Assembly: GCA_002269645.1 (NCBI GenBank)
Contig: NIVC01000513.1
Span: 494,416 to 558,415, forward strand
Reading direction: 5' to 3'
From: Macrostomum lignano
Lineage: Eukaryota
Length of the DNA: 64,000 bases
Below, one piece after another: positions 40,077-54,668 of the stretch (its first letter is position 1; each line of letters starts with the position of its first letter). A model generated the notes under the pieces. The model was not told the origin of the DNA. It worked only from the letters and a program-made list of their open reading frames with translations, and ran no database searches. The translations under genes were made by a program, and so were the position numbers.

Positions 40077-40786
40077 GTAGGGTGTTGAGTGAATACTGCT
40101 AATTGTTACCATTCACAACAGCGAGAAACCGTTTGAACATAAATCAAATTTTCTATCAAACATCATTTGAATCATTTTAGGGCTACTATTACTACGTAGG
40201 TGTCAGGTTCTTTCCCTTTTTGTCATGTGATTGCTACCAGTACTGAGCATGCTATTTATAAACTGCTCAATTACGTCGTAACTCCACGATCGATTGGAGA
40301 ATTATTTATCTCTTTAGATAATTTCGGCTCATCCACAAATGATTAATTTATACGAAAAAATATAGCCAATATTTGCACCATTCTCTTTAACTTCAAAGTC
40401 AAAATGTATGTTAAATTGCAAAATAATAACTAAATAAAGCACGAATATGTATTTAGCAAGTTCTCACAAAATAGCTCGTAGGAGATGCTTTTGTTATCTA
40501 ATGCATTGCGAATTTATCAGAATGCACCATGACAATGACAAAAGACAAAACAAAACTGTTAAAAGTTACAAGCAGTTCTACAGATACGTAGTTAGAAGCT
40601 TGCATCATATTGGAGTGAACCCTAGCAATAGCCGAGTAAGTAGCAAAATTCAATTTAAAAAGTGTCTCGATCATATCTTAGGAGCTATGTGAGAAAGTAG
40701 AGCTAGGTTGCACACATTTCAAGACTTTTCGGCCATTTCAAGCCAATATTGCCTCAATGATCCATTAAATTGACGAACGAACCCAG

Positions 40787-43700
40787 GTTCCCGATAACAG
40801 CGTCAGCAGCCGCAGCAGCGGCGGCGGTGGCGGCGGCGGCGGCGGCTTTGACTTGAAAGCGCAGCCGTCGCTGCCAACACAGACGGGCCTGTTTCAGACT
40901 GACCCCGTTAAGCCAGACCCGTCCGCTGGGCCCCAGGGCACCCCCAGTGGCCTTCCCAACTGCCTGACTGCCCGCCTGGGCCAGGACGGCGGGGTGACCA
41001 TGTTTAACTTTAGCCGTCGCCCGGAGCCCCTCGGAGGCTCCGACCCGCTGTTGGTTGGCTCAGGGACCTACCGAGCCGGCCTGGGCCCCGACTTTCAGCC
41101 CGTTCTGCTCTTTTTCGACACAGTCAGCGGCGAGCCGCTTTGCTTTGGCGACTGTCTGCAGAGAGGCATCTTTCACCTGGTCGAGTCCACTGTTGTCGAA
41201 GAATCGGGTCGTTCGACTCCACTTGAGACCGCTCTCCGCGAAAAACTCGTCCACTTGCACAACGGGGACTTGCTTAGCGAGGGTCATCAGCATCGGGTGG
41301 CCAGCTTGGAATTTTCCAGCGCTCTCCGATCTGGTCGACTAGTATTGCGGCTGGCTTTGGGTGTGGATTTCGTTACAGTCTTGGACGGTCTGGTAACTCA
41401 GCAAGTTGCTGACTCGCTGGCCGAGGTGATTAAGCTCGAGACGGGGCCGCTCGGTCTGTGGCATTGCTACGCTGGAATTGAAGACTCTGCGTCTGGAGCT
41501 CGACTGTCTCTAAGTCAAGCTGTTCGTCGGGGCCTCATTAGCCAGGAGGAGGCCGAGGCTCTGCTGAAACGTCTGCTACCCAGCTTTCGCGAGCTGGCAG
41601 CGTCCTACGACCCTCGAAGGCGTTGTCTGGTGAACCCGGCAAACGGACGGCCAATCAGTTTGGCAGAGGCGGTTCAACTGGGCTTGATCACCATGGACCA
41701 GCTGCACGAACTGCAACGGTGCAGGTGCACCGAGTCGCAATTCGATTGCGAAGATAATATCGACGAGGAAACCAACTGGCAGGAGACCGCCGATCAATTG
41801 AACGGATTAGCGGACACGCGTAATCCAGCGATTGTTAGCCAAGCAAAGAAACGTGCTCAAACCCCCAGCAGTGAAAGCGGGGAAAATCGGCTTGCAAATC
41901 AACTTCCAAGGTTGCCGGGAAGCAGCGGCGCAACGGCAGCTGCTTCTGAGTTGAGTCAACCTGAGCAAACTATTCCGACGCCTCCCCAGGCCAAGGTAGC
42001 AAAAGTTTCGGCTCCAGAAATTGACAGCGCGCAAGAGATTAAGGGTGCCAAAAGAGACGTGAGTCAGCCAGGCGTCGCGGAGAAGCCTCCACTACAGCAG
42101 CCAGGGCGGGAACTTTTGCACCCAGGCAGTGACTACAGCGGAGACACATTAAGCCAAGCTCAAGTGGACCCGAAGCACAGGCAGAATGAACCTACTCAAT
42201 TGAAACTCGCGCCAGTCAGTCGGACGCCCACTATTGCAAGAGAAGCGGATTACTCATTCGAAGAGAAGCCTACAGGTCAAGGATTGACAGAGCAGCTCTC
42301 AGGAGATTTCCACTACCAGATCCCAAAAGTCCAAACAGAGAAAGAGTCTATCTCTAAAACCCTTGCTGGCAATGAAGTTAATTCCGATACTAATTCCCGT
42401 GAAAGACCTGCTAGTCAACAGTCGAATGATAGGCAACTCACCGCAGTTGATCAGGTACCTGCCTCATTTAGTCCAAAAGAAAAAGTTGAGCAGTTAGTAG
42501 AACCAGCTGCTTTAAGAACGGATAAGCAACCGAAAGCAGATGCTGCCCTCAACGCAACTGCTAAATGTCAGCTGCCTGCATCAGACAGCACTTCTATAGA
42601 TCAACTTTCAGCATCAGAATCTGCATCACCAAAAGGTCAGACGGGTCTTGCTGGCCTGCCAACTACAGACTTCAATGGTACAGAACGGCACCAGCAACCT
42701 TTGACAGGCCTCAGTGAATCAGAAAAATTATCGACTACAGGCCACGCTGGATCAGAACGACAGCCTTTAACAGGCCTCACTGGATATGAGCAACAGCCAA
42801 CTACTGGCCTCGCTGGATCAGTTCAGCAGCAGCAATCTTCGAAAAGCCCCAGTGAATCCGAACAGCTACCGACTACAGGCCTTGCTGGATCAGAGCAACA
42901 GCCAACTACAGGTCTCGCTGAATCAGAACAGCAGCCAACTACAGGCCTTGCTAGAACAAAGCAACAGCCAACTACAGGTCTCGCTGGATCAGAACAGCAG
43001 CCAACTACAGGCCTCGCTGGATTAGAAAAACAACCAACTACAGGCCACGCTGGATCAGAGAAGCAGCCAACTACAGGCCTTACTGAATCTGAGCAACAGC
43101 CAACTACAGGCCTTGCTGGATCAGAACAGCAGCCAACTACAGGCCTCGTTGGATCAGAACAACAGCCGACTAGAAGTCTCACTGGATCTGAGCAACAGCC
43201 ATCTACAGGCCTCGCTCGATCAGAACAGCAGCTAACTACAGGCCTCGCTGGATTAAAACAACAGCAAACTACAGGCCACGCTGGATCAGAAAAACAGCAG
43301 CAGCCAACTACAGGCCACGCTGGAACAGAACAGCAGCAGCAAACTACAGGCCTTGCTGGATCAGAACAACAGCAGCAGCCAACTACAGGCCTTGCTGGAT
43401 CAGAACAACAGCCAACTACAGGCCTCGCTGGATTAGAAAAACAACCAACTACAGGCCACGCTGGATCAGAGAAGCAGCCAACTACAGGCCTTACTGAATC
43501 TGAGCAACAGCCAACTACAGGCCTTGCTGGATCAGAACAGCAGCCAACTACAAGCCTCGTTGGATCAGAACAACAGCCGACTAGAAGTCTCACTGGATCT
43601 GAGCAACAGCCATCTACAGGCCTCGCTGGATCAGAACAGCAGCTAACTACAGGCCTCGCTGGATTAAAACAACAGCAAACTACAGACCTTGCTGGATCAG

Positions 43701-46700
43701 AACAACAGCCAACTACAGGTCTCGCTGGATCAGAACAGCAGCCAACTACAGGCCTCGCTGGATCAGAGCAGCAGCCAACTACAGGCCTTGCTGGATCAGA
43801 ACAACAGCCAACTACAGGCCTTACTGAATCTGAGCAACAGCCAACTACAGACCTTGCTGGATCAGAACAACAGCCAACTACAGGTCTCGCTGGATCAAAA
43901 CAGCAGCCAACTACAGGCCTCGCTGGATCGGAGCAGCAGCCAATTACAGGTCTTGCTGGATCAGAACAGCAGCAGCAGCCAACTACAGGCCTTGCTGGAT
44001 CAGAACAGCAGCCAACTACAGGCCTTACTGAATCTGAGCAACAGCCAACTACAGGCCTTGCTGGATCAGAACAGCAGCCAACTACAGGCCTCGCTGGATT
44101 AAAACAACAGCCAACTACAGACCTTGCTGGATCAGAACAGCAGCCAACTACAGGTCTCGCTGGATCAGAACAGCAGCCAACTACAGGCCTCGCTGGATCA
44201 GAGCAGCAGCCAATTACAGGTCTTGCTGAATCAGAACAGCAGCAGCAGCCAACTACAGGCCTTGCTGGATCAGAACAGCAGCCAACTACAGGCCTTGCTG
44301 GATCAGAACAGCAGCCAACTACAGGCCTTGCTGGATCAGAGCAAAAGCCAACTACAGACCTCGCTGAATTAGAAAAACAGCAGCAGCCAACTGCAGGCCT
44401 CGCTGGATCAGAGCAACAGCCAACTACAGGCCACGCTGGATCAGAAAAACAGCAGCAGCCAACTACAGGCCACGCTGGAACAGAACAGCAGCCAATTACA
44501 GGTCTTACTGGATCAGAACAGCAGCCAACTACAGGCCTTGCTGGATCAGAACAACAGCCATCTACAGGCCTTGCTAGATCAGAACAGCAGCCAACTACAG
44601 GCCTCGCTGGATCAGAACGACAGCCTTCAACAGGCCTTGCTGGATCGGAGCAACGGCAGCAGCCAACTACAGGCCTTGCTGGATCAGAACAACAGCCAAC
44701 TACAGGCTTTTCTGGATCAGAACAGCAGCCAATTACAGGTCTTGCTGGATCAGAACGACAGCCTTCAAAAGGCTTCACTGGATCAGAACAGCAGCCAAGT
44801 ACAGGCCTTGCTGGATCAGAAAAGCAGCCAACTACAGGCCTTGCTGGATCAGAGCAGCAGCCAACTACAAAGCTCGCTGGATCAGAGCAACAGCAACAGC
44901 CAACTACAGGCGTCCCTGGATCGGAACAACAGCCAACTACAGGCCTTGCTGGATCAGAACAGCAGCCAATTACAGGTCTTGCTGGATCAGAACAGCAGCA
45001 GCAGCCAACTACAGGCCTTGCTGGATCGAAACAGCAGCCAACTACAGGCCTTGCTGGATCAGAACAACAGCCAACTACAGGCCTCGCTGGATCAGAACAA
45101 CAGCAGCAGCCAACTACAGGCCTTGCTGGATCAGAACAACAGCCATCTACAGGCCTTGCTAGATCAGAACAGCAGCCAACTACAGGCCTCGCTGGATCAG
45201 AACGACAGCCTTCAACAGGCCTTGCTGGATCGGAGCAACGGCAGCAGCCAACTACAGACCTTGCTGGATCAGAACAACAGCCAACTACAGGCTTTTCTGG
45301 ATCAGAACAGCAGCCAATTACAGGTCTTGCTAAATCAGAACGACAGCCTTCAAAAGGCCTCGCTGGATCAGAGCAACAGCCAACTACAGGCCACGCTGGA
45401 TCAGAAAAACAGCAGCAGCCAACTACAGGCCTTGCTGGCTCAGAACAACAGCCATCCACAGGCTTAGCTGGATCCGAGGAGCAGCCAGCTACAGGCGTCG
45501 CTGGATCAGATCAGCAGCTAACTACAGACCTTGCTGGATCAGAACAGCAGCCAACTACAGGCTTCGCTGGATCAGAACAGCAGCCAACTACAGGCCTTGC
45601 TGGATCAGAACAACAGCCAACTACAGGCCTTGCTGAATCAGAACAACAGCCAACTACAGGTCTTGCTGGATCAGAACAGCAGCAGCAGCAAACTACAGGC
45701 CTTGCTGGATCAGAACAGCAGCCAACTACAGGCCTCGCTGAATCAGAGGAACAGCCATCTACAGGCCTCGCAGGATCAGAGGAACAGCCAGCTACAGGCG
45801 TCGCTGGATCAGAACAGCAGCCAACTACAGGCCTCGCTGGATCAGAACAACAGAAGCAGTCAACTACAGGCCTCGCTGGATCAGAACGACAGCCTTCAAC
45901 AGGCCTCGCTGGATCTGAGCAACGGCAGCAGCCAACTACAGGCCTTGCTGGATCAGAACAGCAGCCAATTACAGGTCTTGCTGGATCAGAACAGCAGCAG
46001 CAGCCAACTACAGGCCTTGCTGGATCAGAACAGCAGCCAACTATAGGCGTCGCTGGATCAGAGGAACAGCAAACTACAGGCGTCGCTGGATCAGATCAGC
46101 AGCCAACTACAGGCCTCGCTGGATCAGAGGAACAGCAAACTACAGGCGTCGCTGGATCAGATCAGCAGCTAACTACAGACCTTGCTGGATCAGAACAACA
46201 GCCAACTACAGGCTTTTCTGGATTAGAACAGCAGCCAACTACAGGCGTCGCTGAATCAAAACAACAGCCAACTACAAGTCTTGCTGGATCAGAACAGCAG
46301 CAGCAGCAAACTACAAGCCTTGCTGGATCAGAGGAACAGCCAGCTACAGGCCTCGCAGGATCAGAGGAACAGCCAGCTACAGGCGTCGCTGGATCAGAAC
46401 AGCAGCCAACTACAGGCCTTGCTAGATCAGAACAGCAGCCAACTTCAGGCCTTGCTGGATCAGAAAAGCAGCCAACTACAGGCCTTGCTGGATCAGAACA
46501 GCAGCAGCAGCCAACTACAGGCCTTGCTGGATCAGAACAGCAGCAGCAGCCAACTACAGACCTTGCTGGATCAGAACAACAGCCAACTACAGGCTTTTCT
46601 GGATCAGAACAGCAGCCAATTACAGGTCTTGCTGGATCAGAACGACAGCCTTCAAAAGGCTTCACTGGATCAGAACAGCAGCCAAGTACAGGCCTTGCTG

Positions 46701-49700
46701 GATCAGAAAAGCAGCCAACTACAGGCCTTGCTGGATCAGAGCAGCAGCCAACTACAAAGCTCGCTGGATCAGAGCAACAGCAACAGCCAACTACAGGCGT
46801 CCCTGGATCGGAACAACAGCCAACTACAGGCCTTGCTGGATCAGAACAGCAGCCAATTACAGGTCTTGCTGGATCAGAACAGCAGCAGCAGCCAACTACA
46901 GGCCTTGCTGGATCGAAACAGCAGCCAACTACAGGGCTTGCTGGATCAGAACAACAGCCAACTACAGGCCTCGCTGGATCAGAACAACAGCAGCAGCCAA
47001 CTACAGGTCTCGCTGGATCAGAACGACAGCCTTCAACAGGCCTGGCTGGATCGGAGCAACGGCAGCAGCCAACTACAGACCTTGCTGGATCAGAACAACA
47101 GCCAACTACAGGCTTTTCTGGATCAGAACAGCAGCCAATTACAGGTCTTGCTAAATCAGAACGACAGCCTTCAAAAGGCTTCACTGGATCTGAGCAACAG
47201 CCAACTACAGGCCTCGCTGGATCAGAGGAACAGCAAAATACTGGCCTCGCTGGATCAGAGCAACAGCCAACTACAGGCCACGCTGGATCACAGCAACAGC
47301 CAACTACAGGCCTCGTTGGATCAGAACAACGGCCAACTAGAAGTCTCACTGGATCTGAGCAACAGCCAACTACCGGCGTCGCTGGATCAGAGCATAAGCC
47401 AACTACAGGTCTTGCTGGATCAGAAAAGCAGCCAACTACAGGCATTGCTGGATCAGAACAGCAGCCAAGTACAGGCCTTGCTGGATCAGAAAAGCAGCCA
47501 ACTACAGGCCTTGCTGGATCAGAACAGCAGCCAACTACAAAGCTCGCTGGATCAGAGCAACAGCAACAGCCAACTACAGGCGTCCCTGGATCGGAACAAC
47601 AGCCAACTACAGGCCTTGCTGGATCAGAACAGCAGCCAATTACAGGTCTTGCTGGATCAGAACAGCAGCAGCAGCAAACTACAGGCCTTGCTGGATCAGA
47701 ACAGCAGCCAATTCCAGGTCTTACTGGATCAGAACAGCAGCAGCAGCCAACTACAGGCCTTGCTGGATCAGAACAACAGCAGCAGCCAACTACAGGCCTC
47801 GCTGGATCAGAGCAACAGCAACAGCCAACTACAGGCGTCCCTGGATCGGAACAACAGCCAACTACAGGCCTTGCTGGATCAGAACAACAGCCAACTACAG
47901 GCCTCGCTGGATCAGAACAACAGCAGCAGCCAACTACAGGTCTCGCTGGATCAGAACGACAGCCTTCAACAGGCCTGGCTGGATCGGAGCAACGGCAGCA
48001 GCCAACTACAGACCTTGCTGGATCAGAACAACAGCCAACTACAGGCTTTTCTGGATCAGAACAGCAGCCAACTACAGGTCTCGCTGGATCAGAACGACAG
48101 CCTTCAACTGGCCTCGCTGGATCTAAGCAACGGCAGCAGCCAACTACAGGCCTTGCTGGATCAGAACAACAGTCAACTACAGGCTTTTCTGGATTAGAAC
48201 AGCAGCCAACTACAGGCGTCGCTGGATCAGAACAGCAGCCAACTACAGGCCTTGCTGGATCAGAACAGCAGCCAACTACAGGCCTTGCTGGATCAGAGCA
48301 AAAGCCAACTACAGACCTCGCTGAATTAGAAAAACAGCAGCAGCCAACTGCAGGACTCGCTGGATCAGAGCAACAGCCAACTACAGGCCACGCTGGATCA
48401 GAAAAACAGCAGCAGCCAACTACAGGCCTTGCTGGCTCAGAACAACAGCCATCCACAGGCTTAGCTGGATCCGAGGAGCAGCCAGCTACAGGCGTCGCTG
48501 GATCAGATCAGCAGCTAACTACAGACCTTGCTGGATCAGAACAGCAGCCAACTACAGGCTTCGCTGGATCAGAACAGCAGCCAACTACAGGCCTTGCTGG
48601 ATCAGAACAACAGCCAACTACAGGCCTTGCTGAATCAGAACAACAGCCAACTACAGGTCTTGCTGGATCAGAACAGCAGCAGCAGCAAACTACAGGCCTT
48701 GCTGGATCAGAACAGCAGCCAACTACAGGCCTCGCTGAATCAGAGGAACAGCCATCTACAGGCCTCGCAGGATCAGAGGAACAGCCAGCTACAGGCGTCG
48801 CTGGATCAGAACAGCAGCCAACTACAGGCCTCGCTGGATCAGAACAACAGAAGCAGTCAACTACAGGCCTCGCTGGATCAGAACGACAGCCTTCAACAGG
48901 CCTCGCTGGATCTGAGCAACGGCAGCAGCCAACTACAGGCCTTGCTGGATCAGAACAGCAGCCAATTACAGGTCTTGCTGGATCAGAACAGCAGCAACAG
49001 CCAACTACAGGCCTCGTTGGATCAGAACAACGGCCAACTAGAAGTCTCACTGGATCTGAGCAACAGCCAACTACCGGCGTCGCTGGATCAGAGCATAAGC
49101 CAACTACAGGTCTTGCTGGATCAGAAAAGCAGCCAACTACAGGCATTGCTGGATCAGAACAGCAGCTAACTACAGACCTTGCTGGATCAGAACAGCAGCC
49201 AACTACAGGCTTCGCTGGATCAGAACAGCAGCCAACTACAGGCCTTGCTGGATCAGAACAACAGCCAACTACAGGCCTTGCTGAATCAGAACAACAGCCA
49301 ACTACAGGTCTTGCTGGATCAGAACAGCAGCAGCAGCAAACTACAGGCCTTGCTGGATCAGAACAGCAGCCAACTACAGGCCTCGCTGAATCAGAGGAAC
49401 AGCCATCTACAGGCCTCGCAGGATCAGAGGAACAGCCAGCTACAGGCGTCGCTGGATCAGAACAGCAGCCAACTACAGGCCTCGCTGGATCAGAACAACA
49501 GAAGCAGTCAACTACAGGCCTCGCTGGATCAGAACGACAGCCTTCAACAGGCCTCGCTGGATCTGAGCAACGGCAGCAGCCAACTACAGGCCTTGCTGGA
49601 TCAGAACAGCAGCCAATTACAGGTCTTGCTGGATCAGAACAGCAGCAACAGCCAACTACAGGCCTCGTTGGATCAGAACAACGGCCAACTAGAAGTCTCA

Positions 49701-52700
49701 CTGGATCTGAGCAACAGCCAACTACCGGCGTCGCTGGATTAGAGCATAAGCCAACTACAGGTCTTGCTGGATCAGAAAAGCAGCCAACTACAGGCATTGC
49801 TGGATCAGAACAGCAGCCAAGTACAGGCCTTGCTGGATCAGAAAAGCAGCCAACTACAGGCCTTGCTGGATCAGAACAGCAGCCAACTACAAAGCTCGCT
49901 GGATCAGAGCAACAGCAACAGCCAACTACAGGCGTCCCTGGATCGGAACAACAGCCAACTACAGGCCTTGCTGGATCAGAACAGCAGCCAACTACAGGCC
50001 TTGCTGGATCAGAACAACAGCAGCAGCCAACTACAGGCCTTGCTGGATCAGAACAACAGCCATCTACAGGCCTTGCTAGATCAGAACAGCAGCCAACTAC
50101 AGGCCTCGCTGGATCAGAACGACAGCCTTCAACAGGCCTTGCTGGATCGGAGCAACGGCAGCAGCCAACTACAGACCTTGCTGGATCAGAACAACAGCCA
50201 ACTACAGGCTTTTCTGGATCAGAACAGCAGCCAATTACAGGTCTTGCTGGATCAGAACGACAGCCTTCAAAAGGCTTCACTGGATCAGAACAGCAGCCAA
50301 GTACAGGCCTTGCTGGATCAGAAAAGCAGCCAACTACAGGCCTTGCTGGATCAGAGCAGCAGCCAACTACAAAGCTCGCTGGATCAGAGCAACAGCAACA
50401 GCCAACTACAGGCGTCCCTGGATCGGAACAACAGCCAACTACAGGCCTTGCTGGATCAGAACAGCAGCCAATTACAGGTCTTGCTGGATCAGAACAGCAG
50501 CAGCAGCCAACTACAGGCCTTGCTGGATCGAAACAGCAGCCAACTACAGGGCTTGCTGGATCAGAACAACAGCCAACTACAGGCCTCGCTGGATCAGAAC
50601 AACAGCAGCAGCCAACTACAGGTCTCGCTGGATCAGAACGACAGCCTTCAACAGGCCTGGCTGGATCGGAGCAACGGCAGCAGCCAACTACAGACCTTGC
50701 TGGATCAGAACAACAGCCAACTACAGGCTTTTCTGGATCAGAACAGCAGCCAATTACAGGTCTTGCTAAATCAGAACGACAGCCTTCAAAAGGCTTCACT
50801 GGATCTGAGCAACAGCCAACTACAGGCCTCGCTGGATCAGAGGAACAGCAAAATACTGGCCTCGCTGGATCAGAGCAACAGCCAACTACAGGCCACGCTG
50901 GATCACAGCAACAGCCAACTACAGGCCTCGTTGGATCAGAACAACGGCCAACTAGAAGTCTCACTGGATCTGAGCAACAGCCAACTACCGGCGTCGCTGG
51001 ATCAGAGCATAAGCCAACTACAGGTCTTGCTGGATCAGAAAAGCAGCCAACTACAGGCATTGCTGGATCAGAACAGCAGCCAAGTACAGGCCTTGCTGGA
51101 TCAGAAAAGCAGCCAACTACAGGCCTTGCTGGATCAGAACAGCAGCCAACTACAAAGCTCGCTGGATCAGAGCAACAGCAACAGCCAACTACAGGCGTCC
51201 CTGGATCGGAACAACAGCCAACTACAGGCCTTGCTGGATCAGAACAGCAGCCAATTACAGGTCTTGCTGGATCAGAACAGCAGCAGCAGCAAACTACAGG
51301 CCTTGCTGGATCAGAACAGCAGCCAATTCCAGGTCTTACTGGATCAGAACAGCAGCAGCAGCCAACTACAGGCCTTGCTGGATCAGAACAACAGCAGCAG
51401 CCAACTACAGGCCTCGCTGGATCAGAACAACAGCAGCAGCCAACTACAGGCCTTGCTGGATCGAAACAGCAGCCAACTACAGGCCTTGCTGGATCAGAAC
51501 AACAGCCAACTACAGGCCTCGCTGGATCAGAACAACAGCAGCAGCCAACTACAGGTCTCGCTGGATCAGAACGACAGCCTTCAACAGGCCTGGCTGGATC
51601 GGAGCAACGGCAGCAGCCAACTACAGACCTTGCTGGATCAGAACAACAGCCAACTACAGGCTTTTCTGGATCAGAACAGCAGCCAACTACAGGTCTCGCT
51701 GGATCAGAACGACAGCCTTCAACTGGCCTCGCTGGATCTGAGCAACGGCAGCAGCCAACTACAGGCCTTGCTGGATCAGAACAACAGTCAACTACAGGCT
51801 TTTCTGGATTAGAACAGCAGCCAACTACAGGCGTCGCTGGATCAGAACAGCAGCCAACTACAGGCCTTGCTGGATCAGAACAGCAGCCAACTACAGGCCT
51901 TGCTGGATCAGAGCAAAAGCCAACTACAGACCTCGCTGAATTAGAAAAACAGCAGCAGCCAACTGCAGGACTCGCTGGATCAGAGCAACAGCCAACTACA
52001 GGCCACGCTGGATCAGAAAAACAGCAGCAGCCAACTACAGGCCTTGCTGGCTCAGAACAACAGCCATCCACAGGCTTAGCTGGATCCGAGGAGCAGCCAG
52101 CTACAGGCGTCGCTGGATCAGATCAGCAGCTAACTACAGACCTTGCTGGATCAGAACAGCAGCCAACTACAGGCTTCGCTGGATCAGAACAGCAGCCAAC
52201 TACAGGCCTTGCTGGATCAGAACAACAGCCAACTACAGGCCTTGCTGAATCAGAACAACAGCCAACTACAGGTCTTGCTGGATCAGAACAGCAGCAGCAG
52301 CAAACTACAGGCCTTGCTGGATCAGAACAGCAGCCAACTACAGGCCTCGCTGAATCAGAGGAACAGCCATCTACAGGCCTCGCAGGATCAGAGGAACAGC
52401 CAGCTACAGGCGTCGCTGGATCAGAACAGCAGCCAACTACAGGCCTCGCTGGATCAGAACAACAGAAGCAGTCAACTACAGGCCTCGCTGGATCAGAACG
52501 ACAGCCTTCAACAGGCCTCGCTGGATCTGAGCAACGGCAGCAGCCAACTACAGGCCTTGCTGGATCAGAACAGCAGCCAATTACAGGTCTTGCTGGATCA
52601 GAACAGCAGCAGCAGCCAACTACAGGCCTTGCTGGATCAGAACAGCAGCCAACTATAGGCGTCGCTGGATCAGAGGAACAGCAAACTACAGGCGTCGCTG

Positions 52701-54157
52701 GATCAGATCAGCAGCCAACTACAGGCCTCGCTGGATCAGAGGAACAGCAAACTACAGGCGTCGCTGGATCAGATCAGCAGCTAACTACAGACCTTGCTGG
52801 ATCAGAACAACAGCCAACTACAGGCTTTTCTGGATTAGAACAGCAGCCAACTACAGGCGTCGCTGAATCAAAACAACAGCCAACTACAAGTCTTGCTGGA
52901 TCAGAACAGCAGCAGCAGCAAACTACAAGCCTTGCTGGATCAGAGGAACAGCCAGCTACAGGCCTCGCAGGATCAGAGGAACAGCCAGCTACAGGCGTCG
53001 CTGGATCAGAACAGCAGCCAACTACAGGCCTTGCTAGATCAGAACAGCAGCCAACTTCAGGCCTTGCTGGATCAGAAAAGCAGCCAACTACAGGCCTTGC
53101 TGGATCAGAACAGCAGCAGCAGCCAACTACAGGCCTTGCTGGATCAGAACAGCAGCAGCAGCCAACTACAGGCCTTGCTGGATCAGAACAACAGCAGCAG
53201 CCAACTACAGGCCTTGCTGGATCAGAACAGCAGCCAATTACAGGTCTTGCTGGATCAGAACAGCAGCAGCAGCCAACTACAGGCCTTGCTGGATCAGAAC
53301 AGCAGCCAACTAAAGGCGTCGCTGGATCAGAGGAACAGCAAGCAACAGGCGTCGCTGGATCAGATCAGCAGCTAACTATAGACCTTGCTGGATCAGAACA
53401 GCAGCTAACTACAGGCGTCGCAGGATCAGAACAGCAGCCAACTGCAGGCCTTGCTGGATCAGAAAAACAGCAGCAGCCAACTACAGGCCTCGCTGGATCA
53501 GAACAGCAGCACCAACCTTTAATAGGCCTACCTGGATCAGCATCGATGTCAACTATAGATCCTTCTGGATCAGTGAAGCAGCCAAGTCTTTCTAAATCAA
53601 AGCATGAAGAACCAACCGTCATCTCAGTTTCTGATCATCTCCTACAAACTGGTTCTGGCCAATTGGAATTGCAGCCGTCTGATTTGGAGCTGCAGCCATC
53701 AGTGCATTCAGTTGGAGCTGAGCCAGCAATATTGAGCGGTGATTCGGATGTTCAACAGAGAAACGATCAAAGCGTCGCGGATCCAAAGCTTTCATCGACA
53801 GCCGTACACGATCCGGTGGAACAACCTGCCTTCCCTACGCGATCTGTGGAATCTCATCAGCTGGTCGAGGAACAAGCAATCCCATGCTTTAGCGGTATCG
53901 ATAAAGAGAAACCTGCAGATAGTGCTGGTGAGCCTTTCTTAAAGCATGCCAACGATTTTTCATCGGACAAGGACACATCGGGTCAAGCAGCAGATTCAAC
54001 AGAACAGACTGTTGCAGAACTGAATGGCCCGGACTTGGCTGAGGGGGTATCCAGTGGTAAACCAGCGGCGGGAAGCATCCCAGAGCTGTCTCTGGGTGCC
54101 GCGGGTCAGTCTGAACTCGCCGTCAAAGACGCGCTGCAAGTGAGCAGTCCAAATCAG
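40787..54157 (+). CDS. Giant phase-0 exon (13,371 nt, 4457 codons): plectin repeats, then a giant low-complexity repeat
   Basis: cccag|GTT CCC (purine-rich acceptor, weaker) ... AAT CAG|gttggt; uninterrupted ORF; plectin-like SGARLSLSQAVRRGLI and LVNPANGRPISLAEAVQLGLI. Confidence 0.85.
42731..53515 (+). repeat. Coding 33/39-bp tandem repeat PTTGLAGSEQQ(QQ), roughly 300-320 units, with higher-order duplications
   Basis: Unit ccaactacaggccttgctggatcagaacagcag; copy number is estimated from length, not counted. Confidence 0.97.
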
Positions 54158-54668
54158 GTTGGTAAAATAGTCTTTTTTGAAAAAAAAGTTGCGCAAGAGT
54201 GTCGCTGATTTTCGCTTGGCTTACGTAGTGGACATAACTTAGGAAACAAAATTGGACCTAATATTTGAAATTTAACAGCCACTTGATTGATTAAAGTTTT
54301 TGATTGCGATTTTTACTATAAATCAGCTACCAGATCTCGTGATCACCTCAGTCACACATCCGATTATCGAGTGGACCGCACGGAGTGTGAATAATAACGA
54401 AGCTTTGATCGCTGTAGCTAAAGAACGCTTGGCCAGCAAATTATTTTTGTCATTTTTTTTCTAAAACCAATGCGCGAACATACGCTAAATTTCTGGCCAT
54501 AGCGAAAATACGTCTTAGGGATTGCATTGCAGCTGCTGATCAGTATTTTCTAATGCTTCTTTTACAGTTTTACCTTGCAATATTACTTGCGCAACTATTT
54601 TTGTTTTGTTGCTTTCTCAAACATAACAAATCTAACACTTTTCCTTTTTTGTTCGGCCACCCATGCAG

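Noticed and set aside
42823-52071. Cys-rich antisense ORFs (CCSDPARPVVG; 764-1187 aa) resembling metallothionein or keratin-associated proteins
   Set aside because: Exact antisense of the coding repeat, interrupted by stops, with no independent promoter or splice evidence.
43689-53375. LDQNSSQLQA leucine-periodic ORFs (dual-coding idea)
   Set aside because: This +1 frame is repeatedly broken by TAG/TAA variants, showing no selection on it.
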